64,000 bases of DNA from an uncultured Clostridia bacterium (GTDB taxonomy: Bacteria; Bacillota; Clostridia; Christensenellales; Borkfalkiaceae), in NCBI GenBank assembly GCA_944367535.1, contig CALVWQ010000008.1, forward strand, positions 6,685-70,684, given 5' to 3'. The translations under genes and the position numbers were made by a program. Below the pieces are notes generated by a model. It was not told the DNA's origin. It ran no database searches and saw only the letters and a program-made list of their open reading frames with translations. Position 1 is the first letter of the stretch, and every line of letters starts with the position of its first letter. Below are positions 60,646-64,000 of this stretch, piece by piece.

Positions 60646-62148
60646 TCAGGCGAAATTCCTTTCGGGCTTACGCCTCGGTTCGCAAGTTACGTTAATACCT
60701 AGATTTCTGAGCGTCGCCTCGTCCACATGTGAAAGTATAACGGACGAATGAAACTCGGAACCTTTAAGTTTTTTCAGCTGCTCCATCGCTTTTTTCGCGG
60801 TGGGGTTTGTTACGGCGCTTACCGCGAGGGACAAAAGAATTTCGTCCGTATGAAGACGCGGATTCACGCTGCCGAGATGATTGATTTTAAGTTTTTGTAT
60901 TGGCTCTATAACCGCCGAGGAAATAAGGTCTATGGAATCGTCTATGTCCCCGAGCACTTTCAAAGCGTTTAATAAAAGCGCCGCGGAAGCACCGAGAAGG
61001 TCGCCCGTCTTTCCTGTTACAAGCCTTCCGTCCGGCAATTGCAGCGCCGCGCACGGCGTACCTGTAACGAGTTCTTTTTCGAGCGCCGCGCCGACGACTG
61101 CCCGGTCGTTAATAGTTACCGACATCTTCTGCATAAGTATTTCTATTTTAGAAACGGCTTCTTTATTGATTATCCCCTTTCTGACATCGAGTTGAGCGGC
61201 ATAATATCTTCTTATTATTTCCTGTTTTGCCGCATTTCTGCACACCTCGTCGTCCATTATGCAGAACCCCGCCATATTGACGCCCATATCGGTAGGAGAT
61301 TTGTACGGGCAACTTCCCATAACTTTATTCATTACGGAAAGCAAGACGGGAAAAACTTCCACGTCCCTGTTATAATTCACAGCCATAACACCGTAAGCGT
61401 CCATGTGGAAAGGGTCAATCATATTCATATCGTTCAGGTCGGCAGTCGCCGCCTCGTAAGCCGCGTTGACGGGGTGGTTTAAAGGAATGTTCCATATAGG
61501 GAAAGTTTCGTATTTTGCATATCCCGCCTTTACCCCGCGCTTATTTTCATGATAAAGCTGCGAAAGGCAGGTCGCCATTTTCCCGCTCCCGGGACCCGGC
61601 GCGGTAACCACGACGAGCGGTCGTGTGGTAACAATATACTCGTTTTTGCCGTATCCCTCCTCGCTCACTATCTTTTCAGGGTCCGAAGGATACCCGTCTA
61701 TCGGATAGTGTCTGTATACCTTTATACCGAGAATCTCCAAACGTTTTCTGAACGCTTCCGCTGACGGCTGAGCCGCATATCTCGTCAAAACCACGCTCCC
61801 GACGTAAAAACCCTTCCCGCGGAACACGTCGATAAGGCGAAGAACGTCCGAATCGTATGTGATGCCCAAATCGCTTCTCGTCTTATTTTTTTCTATGTCG
61901 TTCGCATTGATTACTATTAAAATTTCCGCCTCGTCTTTCAGTTGCGAAAGCATTTTTATCTTACTGTCCGGTTCAAATCCGGGAAGCACGCGAGAAGCGT
62001 GAAAGTCGTCAAAAAGTTTGCCGCCGAATTCGAGATAGAGTTTATCGCCGAACATGGCTATTCTTTCGAGAATTTTCGCCGACTGCATTTCCAGATATTT
62101 TTTATTGTCGAAACCCAATCTGTTTTTCATAAGTGCAGCGTCCGTCAT
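60646..62148 (-). CDS. UPF0371 / DUF1846-family protein (function unknown)
   Basis: 500 aa. The N-terminus [47 protein letters not shown] matches my memory of the UPF0371 family. ATGA overlap with the PqqD-like gene. Confidence 0.7.
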   Translation of the reverse strand: MTDAALMKNRLGFDNKKYLEMQSAKILERIAMFGDKLYLEFGGKLFDDFHASRVLPGFEPDSKIKMLSQLKDEAEILIVINANDIEKNKTRSDLGITYDSDVLRLIDVFRGKGFYVGSVVLTRYAAQPSAEAFRKRLEILGIKVYRHYPIDGYPSDPEKIVSEEGYGKNEYIVTTRPLVVVTAPGPGSGKMATCLSQLYHENKRGVKAGYAKYETFPIWNIPLNHPVNAAYEAATADLNDMNMIDPFHMDAYGVMAVNYNRDVEVFPVLLSVMNKVMGSCPYKSPTDMGVNMAGFCIMDDEVCRNAAKQEIIRRYYAAQLDVRKGIINKEAVSKIEILMQKMSVTINDRAVVGAALEKELVTGTPCAALQLPDGRLVTGKTGDLLGASAALLLNALKVLGDIDDSIDLISSAVIEPIQKLKINHLGSVNPRLHTDEILLSLAVSAVTNPTAKKAMEQLKKLKGSEFHSSVILSHVDEATLRNLGINVTCEPRRKPERNFA

Positions 62149-62408
62149 ATAATAAGGTCTGCCTCTTTCAGTTTTTCAACAAACGCCTTTATATCGGCGG
62201 CAGCCGTTGCTTCGTCCACGTCGTATTCGGCAAGGAGCGCGTCTTTAAGCCCCTTTTCGTCGCAACCTTTTTCAAGCAGCTTCCATAAAAACGCACCCGT
62301 TTCGTTAAGATTGATGACACCGTTAAACTGTTTAACCGCTTCGCCCACCGCCACTACGAGATAACTGTCGGCAACCTCGCGCAAAATAAATCCGTCTTTA
62401 ATTTTCAT
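62145..62408 (-). CDS. PqqD-family peptide-binding protein (RiPP recognition element-like)
   Basis: 87 aa. [15 protein letters not shown]...[18 protein letters not shown]...[29 protein letters not shown] follows the PqqD pattern. Confidence 0.75.
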   Translation of the reverse strand: MKIKDGFILREVADSYLVVAVGEAVKQFNGVINLNETGAFLWKLLEKGCDEKGLKDALLAEYDVDEATAAADIKAFVEKLKEADLII

Positions 62409-63126
62409 TATTATCTCCTTTACTCATGACGCCGTAAGAAAGTTCGGCGGCCTCTCTCGAAATATTACAATGCAATCTGTAAAGCCCTACGCTTTTTAAA
62501 AGCCTGTCGACGATAGACAGATATTTATCCATTTCCGCCACTTCGCCGGGGCGCAGCGTCTGATTGAGCACGACGGGCAGCATTTCTCGCGGCGTGATTT
62601 TCTCGATGGAATTTTTTTCTCCTCGCTTAATCTCGCATATCGCCGCGATTTTTACACGGCAGTTGGTGTCGAGACGGTGTTTTCCGTTCCACGGCGTACC
62701 GTAAACATAGAAATCCCCGTCGACGAAACGGACGATAGGCTTATCGTCGTTTATCATAACGACTTTGTCGCCGAGCATTTCTCGCCAAAGTCTCGAATGA
62801 GTCGATTTACCCGTGCCGCTCGGCGCCGTAAAAAGATATGCTTTCCCGTCCACGGCAAGCGCGCTGCTGTGAAAAATTATTCCTTCTCGCTCTTTAAGCG
62901 CATACTCGCAGAGTTTACGGAAAAGCGCAAGACTTTCAAGGTAAGCGTCGGGAAAACCTTCCGCGCCCTCCTTTCCGCGTTCCGCGGCAATGTCGTCCCG
63001 AGTGATTTCTACGGAAAATTCGCTCGGCGCGTCGCCGTCGTAAAGATAATTTTTGCAAAGCGCGGGAGTATAAGCGTATATGTGATTTGTTTCAAAGACT
63101 ATGTCTGCGATTTTATAACGTGGCAT
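62398..63126 (-). CDS. HprK-C-terminal-domain-like P-loop protein (putative kinase)
   Basis: Blocks IIFHSSALAVDGKAYLFTAPSGTGKSTHSRLW and VVMINDD, as in HPr kinase catalytic domains. The start is either ATG 63126 or TTG 63153, and neither has a well-spaced SD sequence. Confidence 0.65.
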   Translation of the reverse strand: MPRYKIADIVFETNHIYAYTPALCKNYLYDGDAPSEFSVEITRDDIAAERGKEGAEGFPDAYLESLALFRKLCEYALKEREGIIFHSSALAVDGKAYLFTAPSGTGKSTHSRLWREMLGDKVVMINDDKPIVRFVDGDFYVYGTPWNGKHRLDTNCRVKIAAICEIKRGEKNSIEKITPREMLPVVLNQTLRPGEVAEMDKYLSIVDRLLKSVGLYRLHCNISREAAELSYGVMSKGDNNEN

Positions 63127-63205
63127 ATTTCGGATGAAAACTTTCTCCCGCAAGATATTTACTTTATTATTTTATCAAAGCGCGGTAATTTTGTCAATAT
63201 ATAAT

Positions 63206-63234
63206 TTGATTTTCCTGAATGTTTTATATATAAT
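63206..63234 (+). promoter_or_regulatory. Promoter candidate placing the apbE ATG at or next to the transcription start
   Basis: TTGATT (63206-63211), 17-nt spacer, TATAAT (63229-63234). Only 7 nt (attgtat) separate it from the ATG at 63242, and there is no SD sequence. Confidence 0.45.
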
Positions 63235-63241
63235 ATTGTAT

Positions 63242-64000
63242 ATGAGAAACAAAAAAGGCATAACGGCGTTAATATTGGCGGTAATTCTGGTATTCACGTC
63301 GCTCACTTCCTGCAAGCGTCGCGACTACGCGGACTTCACAGCTTTCGCCTCCCCCGTTCATATAGAGGTGTACGGCAAAACACTGTCCGAAGAGACCGTT
63401 AAAGAGATACGTGAACTGTTTGCGCTTTTAGAAAACGAATTTTCGCTATCGGTACCCGATTCTTTTACGTCCCGACTCAACGCGCTTCAAGCGGGAGTTT
63501 TTCTGGAAACCGACGAATATATTGACGCCCTTTTTGAAATATCCGCTTACTGCCACGATTTTACCGACGGAAAATTTGACCCTACGGTCTTGCCGTTCAC
63601 GAAATTATGGCGGTTCTACCCCGATTTTCCCGTATACGATTTCACTCCGCCTTCCGCCGACGAAATAATGAGAATTTTATCCGACGGCATAACGGGCTTT
63701 AACAACATTATCTTCGAAAGCGGCGACAAAGTCTTTAAAAAAACCACCCGCACCGAACTCGATTTCGGCGGCATACTCAAAGGATACGCTGCGGATAAAG
63801 CGGCTGAAATTCTTAAAAAATACGGTCATTCGGAAGGATACGTCAACGTCGGAGGAAGCAGTCTTTATATTTTAGGCACAGACTCTTTATCTGTAAAACA
63901 TCCGAGAAAAGAGGGAAACATTGTGCAGATGAACATAAAAGGCAAAAACGACCTTTCGGTATCGACTAGCGGCGATTACGAGAAAACCTATTCTTACGAG
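63242..64000 (+). CDS. apbE: FAD:protein FMN transferase (ApbE-family lipoprotein), 3' end cut by window edge
   Basis: Not in the ORF track because it runs off the right edge. My translation: MRNKKGITALILAVILVFTSLTSC (lipobox) ...GKFDPTVLPFTKLW...ELDFGGILKGYAADKAA...STSGDYEKTY. These are ApbE signature blocks. Open for all 253 codons. Confidence 0.85.
   Translation, partial: MRNKKGITALILAVILVFTSLTSCKRRDYADFTAFASPVHIEVYGKTLSEETVKEIRELFALLENEFSLSVPDSFTSRLNALQAGVFLETDEYIDALFEISAYCHDFTDGKFDPTVLPFTKLWRFYPDFPVYDFTPPSADEIMRILSDGITGFNNIIFESGDKVFKKTTRTELDFGGILKGYAADKAAEILKKYGHSEGYVNVGGSSLYILGTDSLSVKHPRKEGNIVQMNIKGKNDLSVSTSGDYEKTYSYE

Noticed and set aside
59946-60695. 249-aa plus-strand ORF.
   Set aside because: It is antisense to the 59913..60617 gene and to the end of the DUF1846 gene. 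It has no ribosome-binding site and is Arg/Phe-rich. The minus-strand genes have proper ribosome-binding sites and operon spacing.

Overview
This is a 64-kb chromosomal window that is almost entirely coding, with about 90% of genes on the minus strand. Gene content and signals fit a Clostridia-like Firmicute (inference): CIRCE-controlled groES-groEL, single-chain glyQS, glnS, mfd-pth-prs, lipobox lipoproteins and GGAGG-type ribosome-binding sites.

Blocks in order:
(i) 1-8.9 kb: fructan-utilisation locus. It holds an exported GH32 enzyme of more than 1388 aa, a cytoplasmic GH32 and a CUT1-type ABC importer. The large GH32 gene is missing from the supplied ORF track because it runs off the left edge.
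(ii) 10.0-18.8 kb: AraC-linked amino-sugar/nonulosonate-like catabolic island. Five of its 9 genes carry frameshifts or an in-frame TGA.
(iii) 18.8-20.4 kb: A/T-rich stretch with a lone MBL-fold hydrolase.
(iv) 20.4-29.9 kb: AEC permease, PHP and DEDDh exonuclease operon, a foldase-like lipoprotein, mfd, pth and prs.
(v) 30.1-49.3 kb: Wzx/Wzy-type rhamnose/mannose polysaccharide cluster (rfbABCD, 5 glycosyltransferases, wzy, wzx, a PCP-like protein, two manC paralogues, a phosphosugar mutase and a priming transferase).
(vi) 49.3-59.6 kb: tadA, M14 peptidase, rlmH, CPBP protease, small exported proteins, divergent glnS/glyQS and groESL.
(vii) 59.9-63.2 kb: operon of an HprK-like P-loop protein, a PqqD-like peptide-recognition protein, UPF0371/DUF1846 and a membrane-anchored acidic protein. 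This is the best candidate here for an undescribed system.
(viii) 63.2-64.0 kb: partial apbE.

I recognised no rRNA, tRNA, CRISPR array, transposase or integrase. All family calls come from motif recognition by eye; no database search or computation was run.
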